Assembly (NCBI GenBank): GCA_951406725.2
Contig: OX597818.1
Coordinates: forward strand, 22,506,001 to 22,570,000
DNA: 64,000 bases
Direction: 5' to 3'
DNA from: Octopus vulgaris
Lineage: Eukaryota
The position numbers and the translations under genes were made by a program. The notes below the pieces were generated by a model that was given only the letters and a program-made list of their open reading frames with translations, ran no database searches and had not been told where the DNA came from. Below, piece after piece: positions 25,921 through 40,575 of the stretch (position 1 is the stretch's first letter; every line of letters begins with the position of its first letter).

Positions 25921-26423
25921 CGTATGACTTCATCGGACACGACTGCGTTTCTAGCAGTCAGACGTTCGTAGAAATCTATGAACAAGTGGTACCTACAACA
26001 ATGAGAGTGCAAGCAGAGGTGATTTGTATCAATATTTTACTGTTAATCGACACTCCAACGTAGAAATCGGTGAGAGAAGCAATGGGGCATCAAGAACACA
26101 GATAATCTTAATCTGGTCTGAAAAAAAGACTTCAATCCTCGTAAAGTCTTTTCTTGTATCAAATATTTTCAAGTGTCTCTTCGTATTAGCGCGATGTTTC
26201 TTTTTAAACTTTTTATTGAGCGCTCTGCTAATGGCTTTCGTTGAACAAAAATATTTCCTTTATATTTGCAAGGTATTAATACCTATATATATCTATATAC
26301 ACACACACTCGTGTGTGTGTGTGTGTGTGAACATAAACATACACACACATGCAAACAGTTCATTTTTCTCTAAATACACATTATAATGCTCCTTCTCTCA
26401 TACACACACAACCATATGTATAA

Positions 26424-26526
<103 letters not shown>

Positions 26527-26556
26527 TATATATATGTATATGTATATATATGTATG

Positions 26557-26631
<75 letters not shown>

Positions 26632-26737
26632 ATGTGTATATATATATGTGTGTCTATATATATATATATATATATACGTGTATGTGTATGGAAATATATA
26701 ACTTAAATGTGCTTACATAGATACGTACACATACACT

Positions 26738-26768
<31 letters not shown>

Positions 26769-27519
26769 GACACCCATACAGATATACACACACACATATT
26801 CAAGATTTTTTTTTTTGCTAATATCCTACCATAAAAGAAAGACTAAATTTGATTACGCGTGAACACACAAAAAAATACTGAGACATACAGCACACACACA
26901 CAAAAACACAGACACACACACACACATTCATGCATACGCATTCCTCTGATTTCCTTCCTCCCCACATTTCTCTCCAACAAATGCGAACTTAATCCAGACA
27001 TGTGTCTTGGTAGTAGTAGCGGGTGGTGCTGGTGCGATATGCGTGAGTGTGTGTGGGTGTCAATGTGTGTGTGCGAATGTATGCGTACACATATGTGTGT
27101 GTGTGTGTATGTGTGTGTGATAAGGGAGGGCATTTAAAGGCTGGAGGAGACGAGGGGGGAAGAGAACCGAACCGCCAAAAAAGATATTGTGTACGAATGG
27201 GGGAAAACAGCACAAACCGTTGTTGATGTGTATGTGTGTTTGTGAACGTTCAGTAACAGACTCATATACATATACACATACGTTCGCAAAAGTAAGGTAT
27301 GGGTGCGCGTGTATACATCTTAGGGATTCTTAGATAACTACATAGCTTTATATACGCACACATGTATGCATGCAAACACAGACAAAAATATAAATACATT
27401 TGTTCGTATACAAATACACACACACAGACACATCTGTCTGTCTGTCTGTCTATCCAGCTCGCATTCTCCGTTTTAGTGGAGAAAAAACAAGTAAAATCAC
27501 GAAGATAATACAAAACCAT

Positions 27520-27589
<70 letters not shown>

Positions 27590-28106
27590 TCTGACACACG
27601 CACTTTAAAAGGGGGTGGTTGGTGGTAACGCATTATACTTTACTTCTTTCTTATGTTAGGTGTACACAAGTTACAGCTCAGATGTGGGGTACCCCAACAT
27701 GCCTACCAAATGTATGACGGGTGGGTAACGTGTTTGACTAGTCTCTGTATGTTACAATGTTTCTATGTGTATGTATGTATGTATATATATGTGTGTGTGT
27801 GTGTATTTATATACAAATGCCTGAAGGTAGGCAGTTCTTGGCACTATTACGTCACCGAAGACGGGGTCATTGTAATGGGATTACGCCACATTCCTGGGAA
27901 TGACTGTAAATATCACCCCCACCCACACTGCAGACCTTTGCGTTCTCTGTCGAAACACACGCACAAACACATACAAAATGTATGTATTTATATATAAGTG
28001 GAAGCCGTCTGCTGCGGTCATTTTGGGATGAAGCCTTTCGATAACAACACTAGCTGAAAATATTAAGCAAAATAAAGTTGGAAACCATTAATTTGGATAA
28101 CATTAA

Positions 28107-28356
28107 GGTACTACATAAGAAGTGTGGTCCCGGTGCGCGCACTCGCGTACTCACGCATCCGCGCTAGCTAGTCGTGACTAGTCGATCCTTACTTTGTATT
28201 TTTGTTTTATTTACTTTGTTTTAAAAAAATTATTTACTTTGTGTAAAAAAAAATGATTTATTTTGTGTTTTATTTAGCTAGGTAGTCGTAGGATCGACTA
28301 GTCACGACTAGCTTGCGCGAGTGCGCGCACCGGGACCACTCTTCTTAAGTAGTGCC
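28107..28356. mobile_element. MITE with long TIRs and a 9-bp TSD (Mutator/MULE-like)
   Basis: Inverted arms GGTACTACATAAGAAGTGTGGTCCCGGTGCGCGCACTCGCG...GCTAGTCGTGACTAGTCGATCCT, an AT-rich core, and TSD TAACATTAA at 28098-28106 and 28357-28365. Confidence 0.9.
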
Positions 28357-29274
28357 TAACATTAACCGGTTGATGGCATTATTCGTGATGATAATACGCA
28401 GCTTCCACCGAGTATGCATGTGTGTCTTATAAACATTCGAACGCGCAAACGAGAAAATTGTTTTCACCAACAACTGTAGTTTAGCCCCAGGCTAGCTCCT
28501 GTTGAAAAGACCTATGACTGCGACCATTGCATCCATATGCGCGCACACACATACACACATTGGTTTACAAGCTATGTACACACGTGCTTGTAAACCGACA
28601 AATTACCTATCGGTCTTACGTTTCACGGCATTCCTCCGTTACTAGCAGCAAACACCTATATATTGTAAAGACTAGCGGTTTCCACATGCTCGATATAATC
28701 TCCTAAACAACTAAACAATAGTTGACTGATTAAATCTCTTCTTCAGATTTCACTGGTCTCCCCTGTTCTCTCGTCGAATCTCTTGAGGGGTCAATTGTCG
28801 CCTGTATCGGAGACAGTGGATTATGTTAACTTCAGTTCTTATTTTATCGATCATCGAAATCGACACCGGCGTGATCTGAATTCGGAATGTGAAGAGGCCA
28901 AAAGGCATTTTGTCTGACACTTCACTGATTCTGCATAACTGCACGAGCCAATACGAACCCCTCTCGATCTGCGAGAAATAGCAGTCAATTCTTAAAACTA
29001 CACCCGCCTGTCCTTAAAAATGTGGTGCTCTAGCATGGCCTTGTGCGTGTGGCGGGTAGAACAAACTAATGAATATTAGATAATAGTAGTTCTAGACATA
29101 TGATGCCTTAAAAAAGATGTGAAGAATTTGGCTAGAATATGTTTGGTCATACCTGTTCAGAGAGATCCAATATGGTTCAAAACAACGAAGTTGCACATCT
29201 ATAAGAATTATAAGCGTAAAAATAGTTATAATTTTTTTTTAAAACCCATGGTATATATACATCACTCTATCGAT

Positions 29275-29540
29275 TAGACTATCGGATGCTGTTATACACC
29301 ACTGGTCACAATGCGTTTCCTCGCATTGCTGTGGTTTTCGAGAATGATGCCACCCTGTTGACTAGACCAACATGCCTCTTAAACGGAACACTAGTCTATC
29401 GTAGGGTTACCCATTTACAGCTGAGAGGAGTGGAGTAATGTGTTTTTTGCTGAAAAACACAAAGCAGTGCCTGTCTCGGAATCGAAACCACAATCTTGCA
29501 AACGTGAGTGCAATACCCCTTACACTAGGCCACGTGCCTA
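29275..29540 (-). mobile_element. Decayed SINE family C-like
   Basis: Shares head and CORE with 41455-41695 and tail with 24322-24580. Confidence 0.55.
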
Positions 29541-30165
29541 CACACACACACACACACACACATCTATGTATGTATGTGTGTATAACAGAAATATGCCTAC
29601 AATTTTTACAGAAATGAATAGAAAGTTAGCAACAATGAAACTAAAGTACTTAAAAGAAATTCCGCTATTCATTCATTCATTCATTCATTTAAACTCTCAG
29701 TGTATTAAGGACAAACGGAAGAGCTTTATTTAGTGATTTGGCAACTATATCTAGCAACCAGATGATTAATCCCCATCGGTTCGTATATCTGGTTGTTTAA
29801 CCACAAGTTAGCGTAGACCAAAGATCAACAGTGACTAAGTCTTGTATAAGAGCTATGTAGGACTGCATTACTTAATGCACCCTTTTTTCTTGAGATGGTA
29901 GGAAGTGATACGAGGGAGATTTAGCTGCTCATGCGACCTCACAGAGGCTTCTTCAGTAGAGCTGTTTACCCACATATCAGTGCTGAACCAGGAGACCTAT
30001 GGTAAATGACGTCCAAGCTCTAACTACCCCAACCTATTTGTTCCAGCTGTGACTACCCCAACCTGTTTTCAGACATAGTGTATACCGGGTTTTTTTTAAG
30101 GCAATAGGGTATCGCTTCGAGAGATTTTTGGCTGTTATTTCTAGCAGGTCAAACGACTACATAGA

Positions 30166-30437
30166 GCAGAGGTTCTTATCTTTTCTACGAGTCTCGACCT
30201 CAAAGAATTGGCCAGTATGCCATCATACCCGCTTTGCCAGACTATCAAAATCATTATCCTAATCCAGTTATATTAGACGTGAGTTTAGCTTTACAGATAA
30301 CAAGCAACTGAAAAGAAAATCAATCATAAGGCTTTTTGAATTTTTCCTCTCAGTTTTTTTTTCTTAGGGTTCGAGTGGCATACCCTCAGACTTTTGGTTT
30401 TTGGTTCCCATATCCCATCTTAAGACTGAACCCCTAA
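30166..30437. mobile_element. Possible hAT-type MITE inserted in an older repeat
   Basis: Left end CAGAGGTTCTTA, decayed right end GAACCCCT. The host repeat resumes after it. Confidence 0.4.
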
Positions 30438-31177
30438 CGTGGAAGCTCCCTTGTTGATTCGACACCTCACACTTATTCTCCCATATTATTCAAAACTGGT
30501 TTCCCTAAAGAGTGATAAAGTCACTAAAAATTGCCGCTGACTTCTTTCGTTGTCGAAGAGGCGAAGGCGTTTTTCTAATCTTCCTTTCTCCCGTTTTTTC
30601 TTTTCTTTCTTTCTTCTGCACAATGGAAACGTGACGGGTTTCACATTTAATGGTTTTCCAGTGTTAATCATGTCCACTTACTTATTTACTTAGTATTTAG
30701 AACTAGTTCGTTGTTATTTGTTAGAATTCGCCTCTGGGGTTTGGAGATGTATACAAATATAATATATAACACACAACATAGGGATACAGTGATTAAATGA
30801 AGGTAGAAAAACTGCTTCAGAAACATAATGCAAGCATAACACAAACTTAACTACTTCAAATAATAATAAAAATCCGTGTCCGTCTGTCCCTATCCTTCTA
30901 TCTCTCTTGACATATATACTATGTAACAAACATATTAATGATATACTTACATTATATACAACTACTAATATAACTGATACCTTCCACACCCTTATCTTGT
31001 TATACCATCATATGTTAAAATGTTTCATATTCGAGAACATGCGAATATGAAAACATTTTACGAACACGAAATGTTTACAAGTGTGAGATCTAAATAAGTT
31101 TGTGCATGACTTTCTACCTGTGTTTTTTGTGTTATAGTTTGGAATGTTTTTCTTCTAATCGTTGTCGCCTGTAAAAC

Positions 31178-31217
<40 letters not shown>

Positions 31218-31340
31218 TACATCTCTCTTTTTCTCTTGGTGAAGGTAAAGAATACGCACACCCGGTAATTAGGATTAGAGTTTATGTTACGCTGAAAACG
31301 GGTGGTGTGCGTATTCTTTACCCCTTACTTCTCTTTCACA

Positions 31341-31426
<86 letters not shown>

Positions 31427-31514
31427 AGAATTCACAAAAGAAAAACAAAAGACGAAGACAGGTGGTGTAGACAACAAACAGATGTATTAGTTTAACACTC
31501 GGGAAGTGAAAAAG

Positions 31515-31552
31515 TCTTTAACGTTTCGAGCCTACGCTCTTCCACAGAAAGG
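31515..31552 (-). ncRNA. Second copy of the minimal A6U hammerhead-like motif, in cassette 31423-31555
   Basis: Minus strand reads cCUUU-CUGUGGA-A-GAGC(GUAG)GCUC-GAAA-CG-UU-AAAGa. The downstream ~90 nt is homologous to 9783-9880, and long (TA)n flanks both sides. Confidence 0.65.
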
Positions 31553-31658
<106 letters not shown>

Positions 31659-33484
31659 AGGAGAGGGGTAAGAAGAGAAAGAAGAAATGAGAGCAAAGAC
31701 GAGAAAAAGTATTCGAGACAAAAATATCGAATGATCACAATTTAAGGTACAACTTTTGAATATGGAAGCAGTTTTTGCCTGACAATCCAAAGGGTGAAAC
31801 TCTGGAGAAGTAGTTTCAGTTTTAATTATCACACACACACACACACATACGCAAACATATCGGTATGAATGGTCAAGCGTATGTGCGATTGTAAATGTGT
31901 TAATGTATGTGTGTGTGTGTTTTGCAGTCAGTCAACAGCTTCCGTCGATCCAGTTTCACACACCAACACCTGGCCCTTGTGTGCCCTTATAGCAGATTTC
32001 AGTCTGTTGCAAGCATTTGAACCAGATCTCCGATCTGGGGACAATTTCTTTCCAGTCTCTCATCGGTCTCAGTGATCCTGAAAATGGTACTGGAGGAGGA
32101 GGGGTTACCCTCCCTTCTATGACTAACCCCCTAAATAACAAAAATGAGGACAAACGTGTGTGTGTGTGTGTGTGTATAGAGACACGCACATATCCTTAGT
32201 GTGTGACATTCCCAAAGCCCTTATGGTTTAGGGAATGAAAAAATCCGTAGACTAGGTAAAACAGCAAACACTAACAAGTCACATATCACCAATGATGGAG
32301 TGAAGCATAAAAGGTACAGCTTCTCATCATACCTCTCTACACCTCTCCTCCAGTATATTTTACCTTTCCTTACCTGCTAATAATTATTTCTTAAACACAT
32401 GCATTCGAATCAACGATGGTTGCTTGTTTAGTCTCCCTCCAATCATAAACCTAATCTTTTAAAAAGAAAACGGAAGGATACATTATATAGTTATATCGTC
32501 TGGTGCTCCACTGCTTGAAAATAAAAACCAGTGGGATCGTCACGGCTGGAAGGATTTTGCCAATACAGGTTTGTACGCTCGATCAAAACAGTAAAACATA
32601 TACACGCACAAACACACTCGCACATATATACATTTAGAGAAGGAGATGATGTATGATGAATACATACACACATATACATACATACATACATACATAGATA
32701 TATATATATATGTGTGTATGTGTGTTAGTGTGTGGACCGTGACGTCTGGCGTAACATAGTAAATTCCATTGTCTCGACCACGGTCGAACAATGATGATGA
32801 TGTTAGTGTGTGTGTATGTGTGTTAGTGTGTGTGTGTGTGTGTGTAAAAATGTGTGAGAGAGTGAGTAAGAGAGAGAGAGAGAGAGAGAACGCGCGTGGG
32901 TGTGCATACTGGACATGCAGACAAAAATACAGGTAGAGACGGCTACATCGATTGCCAGATGAACACCTGATAGACGTTCAGACAAAACAAAAAAAAGTTA
33001 GGAAGTAAAATAAGCTAATTTAGATAACCATAGAAATGTGAAAGTTTTTTTTTCCCCCCCACCATGTTTCCGACGAATTCTCTCTATACATAGTCACTAC
33101 AAAACGTCAGTTTTTAAGAGGTCTTCTACCTCCCGGCAATATGAAACTGTGAGACTCGTGCATTTCTTGCGAAAGGAAAATTTTTTTTAGTCGTGTTGTT
33201 GGACTACATTTGATCCAATGTAGTAAATCGAGTTAACAGAAAAAAGAAAAAGCAGTTGAATTTCTCATATTCATCGTACTTAATAAGGAAATGAAGGGCA
33301 TATTAGATAATGTAGGCCTAGACATACACTTAAGAAAAATATCATAAATCAGCGTTGACCTGGGGCTAAACAATATCAACGTCTGTATCAAACGATGGAG
33401 TGTGATTTTTAGGGGTGATTTGGCTGCTAGTTCTAGTAGCACGAGCGACTGCGAAGACTCCCTTTGTGAGGTGCTGTTTAACTT

Positions 33485-33530
<46 letters not shown>

Positions 33531-34003
33531 TGCGTGTGTATGTTGTTCTTTAACATTAGATAATGAAACCACATTGTGTAAGTTGGCCAGTGAGAGAAAG
33601 AGAATGAGTCAAGAACAACAGTGGAGAGGGAGGCACAAGATTAGAGGGACACAGGAAACGAATAAAGCGGATGTTGTGATATTCATCCCATTTTCAAATA
33701 CAAAAACAAAACATAATTTTTTCAACATAGGCACAAGCAGACCCGGTTTAACCATTAAGCAAAATATGCACGTGCTTAGAGTATCAAGGGAAGGGGGCAC
33801 CAGAGTTTTCTTTTTCTCGTCCGGATCTGCTATAGTGCCAATGTTGTAGATGAATAGGGCTCCCAACAAGAAAGCAATAAAAAATTGTATTATTTCCCGT
33901 TGCCTTTGTTATAAGTAAATAATTTACATCTCTTAATTGGTGTTGAAAAAAATAATAATAAAAGAGGACATATTTAATATGGATGTGGGTCTGCTGCAAC
34001 TAG

Positions 34004-34135
34004 CCAGGGGACGGCTTAAACGAAAACCAGATTTTTAATGATTATTGCATATTCAACAATGAAACAATAGAATGGCCGAGGAGGTACCATTGTTGGGCTG
34101 TGCTTAGGGTATGAGATGGCCTTAATCCGAACCTG
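34004..34135. mobile_element. Probable hAT-type MITE remnant
   Basis: Imperfect TIRs CAGGGGACGGCTTAA ... TTAATCCGAACCTG. Confidence 0.4.
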
Positions 34136-34164
34136 GGTACACAGGTTCCTTTTCAGATATTATT

Positions 34165-34670
34165 GTTTGTCCCTAGGTCAGTCCTATTGCAGCAGATCTA
34201 TGATCAAAGACATTCCAACTATGGCCACACCGTCTTTTTTTCTTAAGTATACCTCAGATATTATCCGATGTGTCATTCCAGTTTTTAGACCTTAGGGTGC
34301 AATTTGAGGGGTAATTTGGCTGCTATTTCTAGCAGATCGAGCGACCACGTAGAGACTCTCTTACTGGGTAATGTAAGGAGGACAGAATGTGAGTTGTGGC
34401 GTACATGCCTTTCTGAAAGATAGATATTACCAATCTCAGACAAAGGGTGTTCGATGGTTCAGATATCGATATGCTATTTGTTGTTAGTCCTGATTGAACA
34501 GACTTATGATGAAAGGTATTCCAGTTGTGACTATCCCTTTAAGAGTAACAAGGACTACAACATCTATATTTTTGGTTACCATCTTTGGTTGATATGCTGT
34601 GATTTGAGGGAGATTTGGCTGCTATTTCTAGCAGACCGAATGACCACATAGTTGGCCTTCTCACTGTAGC
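34165..34670 (+). repeat. Two copies of an abundant unclassified interspersed repeat
   Basis: CCC.AGGTCAG.CCTGAT.GAGCAGACCTATGATCAAAG...GAGATTTGGCTGCTATTTCTAGCAGGTCGAGCGACCAC. More than a dozen fragments occur in the window (e.g. ~8200, 11000, 14340, 21560, 30120, 33350, 37430, 46190; inverted at ~11820, ~28980). Confidence 0.7.
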
Positions 34671-36325
34671 GCATTCTTGGCTTACGAAAAGTAAACATGA
34701 ACGAGTTATAACATCACTCACGAGACCTTTGTAATTATTAGAGAAGGGTGTGAAGGTCGGGGGGGGGGGGGGGAAATAAGGGGTACACTTGTGAGGTGCA
34801 ACCCATATCGAAGTGGAAAGAAAAATTCAACGGATCCTTAACATAAAAAGGACGCCGAGTGTGGGGGAAATCGGAAATATTGTGCATGCTTTTCTGAGAG
34901 GTAAAAATGAATGATTCCAAGAGAAGGTTCAAAGCTTAAGGCTTAAAGGCGGGAGAACAAAAATGAGATGCTGTGGTGTTTAAGATTTTCTGAAAGCTTT
35001 TAATGAGTTTGATATTGTTGTTTATCCTCAGGTAATCCAAAATCCTACGCTTACTTCAAAAATATTCCAGCCGTGACTGTTTCGGCTTTTTTCCCTCATT
35101 AAGTATAATATATCTAGAACTACATTATCTAACGTGTCTTCTCTTTTTAGTAAACGTTAAAGGTAGGGTATGACGAAGAAAATTTCACTTCTAAATCTAG
35201 CATTTACGATGGGTGGGTGGGTGGAATTTTGTAGGGAAAGGAGTTCAGCGCCGAAAATATGGATCCGTGTATAACTGCTATTTCATTTTATCGATCTCAA
35301 AAGGATACAGAATTCAGGTTTATAAAAGAAATAGAAGAAATGAGATTATGTGATGTTCAGGACTTTTTCAGGAGCCTAAGCGACATAACTGAAGGGAGCT
35401 ATCGCTACAAAAAACCCCTAACTTAACATCCCCTCAAACTCCTGAATTCGAAACCGGGTCGCAGTCTAGATTCACCGGACCGGAAGCTTAGCTTTCGTCT
35501 CCATTACTCAACGGTGCCCGCCACAACAACAACAACAAAAACAACCACAACAACAAAAATAACAACAACAAAGGAAGAACGAAAAATAAAGTTAAAATAA
35601 AGACTTTTACAAACCTGTTTTTTATATATATATATATATAAGACACGGGTATATATAGACACGAGTATATAACAATATTTAGATAGCCTGAAGTGAATAT
35701 ATAACAAAGCGTTCTGGTAAAGTAGACTTCCTTTGCTTGTAAGATCTCGATATTGAAAACAATGATGATAATAAAGATGATGTTGATACTGATAATGTCG
35801 TTGTTGATAATGATAATGATGATGTACTTGTTATTGTTACTGTAGTTGTGTAAGAAACCATGAATAATTTTAGAAGTTGTTGGTAATGAATGGGACACTT
35901 CCCTCTGTTAAATATCCATGTTTGTGTACATATATGTCTGTGAATATATATATAAACATATTGTAATATATATATATATATATATATTTGTTACTATATA
36001 TAAATACTAAATAATATTAGTATTCTAGACATTTTTCATAGATATATATATATACATATATATAAATATAAATATATACGTATATATATATATATATAAT
36101 TTATCTATATTCATATATATATATATACAACATTTATATATACACGCGTGAGTATGTGCGTGTACAAGTCCAATCTTCTATGCTGCCTTTCAACACGACT
36201 AACCGCTATATACACACAACCTAGGACTGACAGGAAAAAGTTGCCGAGTGGTGGCGATGGAGGCTACCTGGGATGAGAAGAAGGAGGGGGGAGAATATAG
36301 AATAGGGCTGCAATAACGGAGAGAA

Positions 36326-36356
<31 letters not shown>

Positions 36357-36387
36357 AGCAGGGAGGGGCTTAGAAAAAGTAAGAGTA

Positions 36388-36419
<32 letters not shown>

Positions 36420-38702
36420 GGTGGAGGGAATATAGTTAGCTTTCCCTTTCAAACTCTCTCCGTACATCCAAACTGCACCTTCCACCACCCTCGAATTTTC
36501 CGTTCATCCGAAAATGGTGACGTTGTAGCTGGTGGTGGTAGTGGTGGTGGTGGTGGTGGTGATGATGATGCTTGTGCTGCTGAGGTGTGTGTGTGTGGGG
36601 GGGGCACAGGAGCGATTGTGACTATAGGAGTAATAAAACCAAGTATTAAAACTCACCAATTCCCAACCTCTATCACAGCCCCACCCCCCAAAAAAAACAA
36701 ACTGAAAACGAATAGAAGTTTAATAAAGCAATCCTCATGCTGCTCCTCTCGATCTTTTTCTCCGTCTCTTTTCCTAAAATTTTCCTTTTCTCCACCATAA
36801 TCATGATAGCGGCGACGGCGGCGGTAGCGGTATCGATGCGTGATTTTTTTATATTCTTTACCTTCTGAAAAAAAAAAAAAAAAAAAAAATCAAATTAAGC
36901 CTCCCTACCTCATTCATCTCTCATTCTTTCTCTCTACTATTTTCTTTTATTTCCTACCCCTTACTCCAGTGAAATGGTAATTGCAGCGGCGCTGTACGTT
37001 GATGATAATGATGATGGTGATGGAGTTTCACAGGGGAAAGATAAGAAAAGGAAGGCAGAGTATATAGTGGGCAACAAACTGCTCTCTCTCTCTCTCTCTC
37101 TCTCTCGCTCGCTCGCTCGCTCTCGCTCTTTCTGTCTCCCCTTTACAGACACATACACTCATTTTCCGCCGTTCAACCGTTAATAGCAGCGGTGGAGGAG
37201 GGACGAAATAAAGGAAAGTTTAGGGATTCCCACCCTTCGGTTAAGCCCAATAGTAATGACTGAAGTAGCGATGAAGAAGGTGGTGGTGGTGGTGGTGGTG
37301 GTGGTGGTGGTCATAGGGGTGGGTTTAGAAGTAGTGAAGGATGTGTTGGTGGTGGTGGTGACGATGGTGATTGTTATAGTAGCAGTGATGGTCACAGTGA
37401 GATTGTTGTGGTGTAAGATGGGTTATGTTATTATCTTTTTAGCCCGGTTTTGTCCGGACTGGGCTGACCTGAGGTTGATTAACGGCGTTTCAACAATGAC
37501 CATTCAAACAGTGTATCGAATATTCAACGAGACCGCTCTTGTTTAGGATGATGATAAACTGAGATTTCAGGAATATTCGACTGCTATTTCTAGCAGGTCG
37601 AGCGACCACTTAGATGACTCCCGCTTTATTGTAACGGGTGATGGTGACGACGATGGTTAGAGAAATTAATTCTACCGAGAGTAGTGGTGTTGGTAATCAA
37701 CGTAATACTGATAGAAGGATGATGGCGATAGTGATGGTGATGTTAATAGTGTTGGTTATGGACGAATGATGGTGGTGTTGATAGTGGAGATTACAGTGGT
37801 GATGATGGAGGTTGTGGTGGTGGTAAATCACAGTGGAGGTGGTAATGGTGGTAATTTTTGTGGTATTGGTAATAGTGGTCGAGAGGGTGGGGGTGGCATC
37901 GTAATGAACGGGGAAAAAGTACAAAACAGAGAGAGAAAGAGAAGGTGTAAGAGCGAAAGAGAAAGAGTATGTCTCATTTCTGTTATCTCTCCTCTCTTCC
38001 CTCTCTGCTTCTCTGTTTTCCTCTCCAACCCTTCCTTAGCTCTCCGTCGCCCTTTCTCTTTCTCTTTTTTATCCGTGTCACTCCGGCGTCTGTTTTAATC
38101 GTTCCTCTTTCTCCACTCCCTCGGACTCTTTCTCTCTCTCTCTCTCTCGAATCCGTCTAGACTTCGTCTTCTCTTAACCACACTCATCATCCATTTCTCT
38201 TCCCTCCCAAATGTCTCACCCTTCTTGCACCCTGTCAACTCTGTAAGCCATAAAACCTCCTTCCTTCTCCCATAGACAAACACGCCACTCTTTCCTGCAA
38301 CTTTCCTTTCTCTTTCACTCTCTCACTTATTCTTTCTTTGTTACTTCCCTATCTATTACTCTGTCTTTGCCTCTCTTTTTCTGTTACTCTCTCTCCTATG
38401 TCTTCCCAATCTAAGAGAATAAGTGCAATAGAGAGGAAGAGACAGAAAGACAAAAGAGAGAGAAAGAGAGCGGGAGGAGGGAGGAAAGAGAGTAGGGAGG
38501 GGAAGGAAAAGGGATTGGAGAGAGAGAGAGACGGAGAGAAAGAGATAGAGATAGAGAGACAGATAGAGAAAGAGAAATTAAGTTAGAAGTTTGAAGAAGT
38601 AGAAAGGCGATGGAGAGGAAATATAAGTAAAGATAGAGAGGGATAAACGGAAGAAAATGGGGATTTATAAAAAATAGAGAAAGACTAGAGAACGATGCCG
38701 GA

Positions 38703-38772
<70 letters not shown>

Positions 38773-39060
38773 GTCTGTCTGTCTGTTTGTTTTTGTCTGT
38801 CTGTCTGTATTTCTGTTTGTCTCTTTTATCTCTCACTTATTTCGGTCAAATCGACCCCAGTACATATATTTTTTGAAGTCTGGTACTTGTTTTATCGTTA
38901 GTTTTGCCGAACCGCTACGTTACAGGGGCGTGAAGACACCAACAATGGTTGTGAAGCGGTGGTGGGAGAGGACAAACACAAACAAAAAGACACACATGGA
39001 TACACGCACATACACACATATATGACAGGCTTCCACACAGTTTCTGTCTACCAAATTCAC

Positions 39061-39110
<50 letters not shown>

Positions 39111-39204
39111 TATAGATATATATTTAGCACGGTTTATTCGTGATCAGAGGCGTTCGTAAACCGAGGTATTATTGTATGTGTGTATATATATATATATATA
39201 CATA

Positions 39205-39255
<51 letters not shown>

Positions 39256-39596
39256 ACGGAATACAAAAAATGGGACAAGAACGCAAAACATCCAGACAGA
39301 TGATACAAAAAAGGGACAAGAAAAAACAAGGACGGGTCATTTGGAGTTTTCTTTCCTCAGTCGAGTTCCAGATTATCTTTGCAATTTCGGGTGGTTATAC
39401 TCGAGATTGCTCCAATCTGGCCAGCTCCAAGGAAAAAATAAGCTAAGAGCACTAGATTCCTTGGAAGAAAGCAGCGAATGTATACGAAAACAAGGACGGA
39501 AAAAAAACGGAGAAATGCAAATAACAGGGCATTAACAACAGGTGTCTTTCGACTAAGGACGAATTAAATTAAGCTGGCGTGTGTGGAAGTGAAGCC

Positions 39597-39650
<54 letters not shown>

Positions 39651-40195
39651 TATATATATACTTCCATGTTTTTGTTTTTATGTTTTCGTTTATCATTGTG
39701 CTCAACGTTTTTTTTTCTGTCCTGTACCCATATATGCATGTATGTATACATATAGATGTAGGTATGTGCATATATGTATGTATGTATGTATGTATACGTA
39801 TATATGTGGTAAATACATACATATATACATGAACAATGACATACACACACTCACACGCACACAGAGAGGAAGAAGAAAAGATGGAAAAGGTCTGTTTTTG
39901 CAAAGAATGGATGAATGAAAAGAAGAAAGTAAAGAGAGAGTGATGAGACGTAATATAGAGAGTGAATGCAAGAGGGGTAGGAAAAGGGAAAGATATAGAT
40001 AGAGAAACAGTAAACCGAGAAGAGAAGCCGGAGAAGAGTAAGAGTGGGGGAGAGAAGGAGCGAAACGAAGAATTAGGGCAGGCGGGAGAAGAAAAATTGA
40101 GAGTATCTACAATTTAAGTTATTAAATCGAGAAAGAGAGAATGGGACAAAGAAAGAAAGACCAGCTGAAATTAAAGAAAGAAAAATGTTATTCGT

Positions 40196-40575
40196 TGCAG
40201 GAGTGGCTGTGTGGTAAGTAGCTTGCTAACCAACCACATGGTTCCGGGTTCAGTCCCACTGCGTAGCATCTTGGGCAAGTGTCTTCTGCTATAGCCCCGG
40301 GCCGACCAATGCCTTGTGAGTGGATTTGGTAGACAGAAACTGAAAGAAGCCTGTCGTATATATGTGTGTGTTTGTGTTTGTCCCCCTAGCATTGCTTGAC
40401 AACCGATGCTGGTGTGTGTACGTCCCCGTCACTTAGCGGTTCGGCAAAAGAGACCGATAGAATAAGTACTGGGCTTACAAAGTATAAGTCCCGGGGTCGA
40501 GTTGCTCGACTAAAGGCGGTGCTCCAGCATGGCCGCAGTCAAATGATTGAAACAAGTAAAAGAGTAAAAAAAGAG
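40196..40575 (+). mobile_element. SINE family A, young copy with intact CpGs
   Basis: Complete head, CORE-like region, short internal microsatellite and tail. Confidence 0.9.

Noticed and set aside
30546-30567. TTCGTTGTCGA resembling the 5' part of miR-981
   Set aside because: The match stops after about 11 nt and there is no complementary precursor arm.
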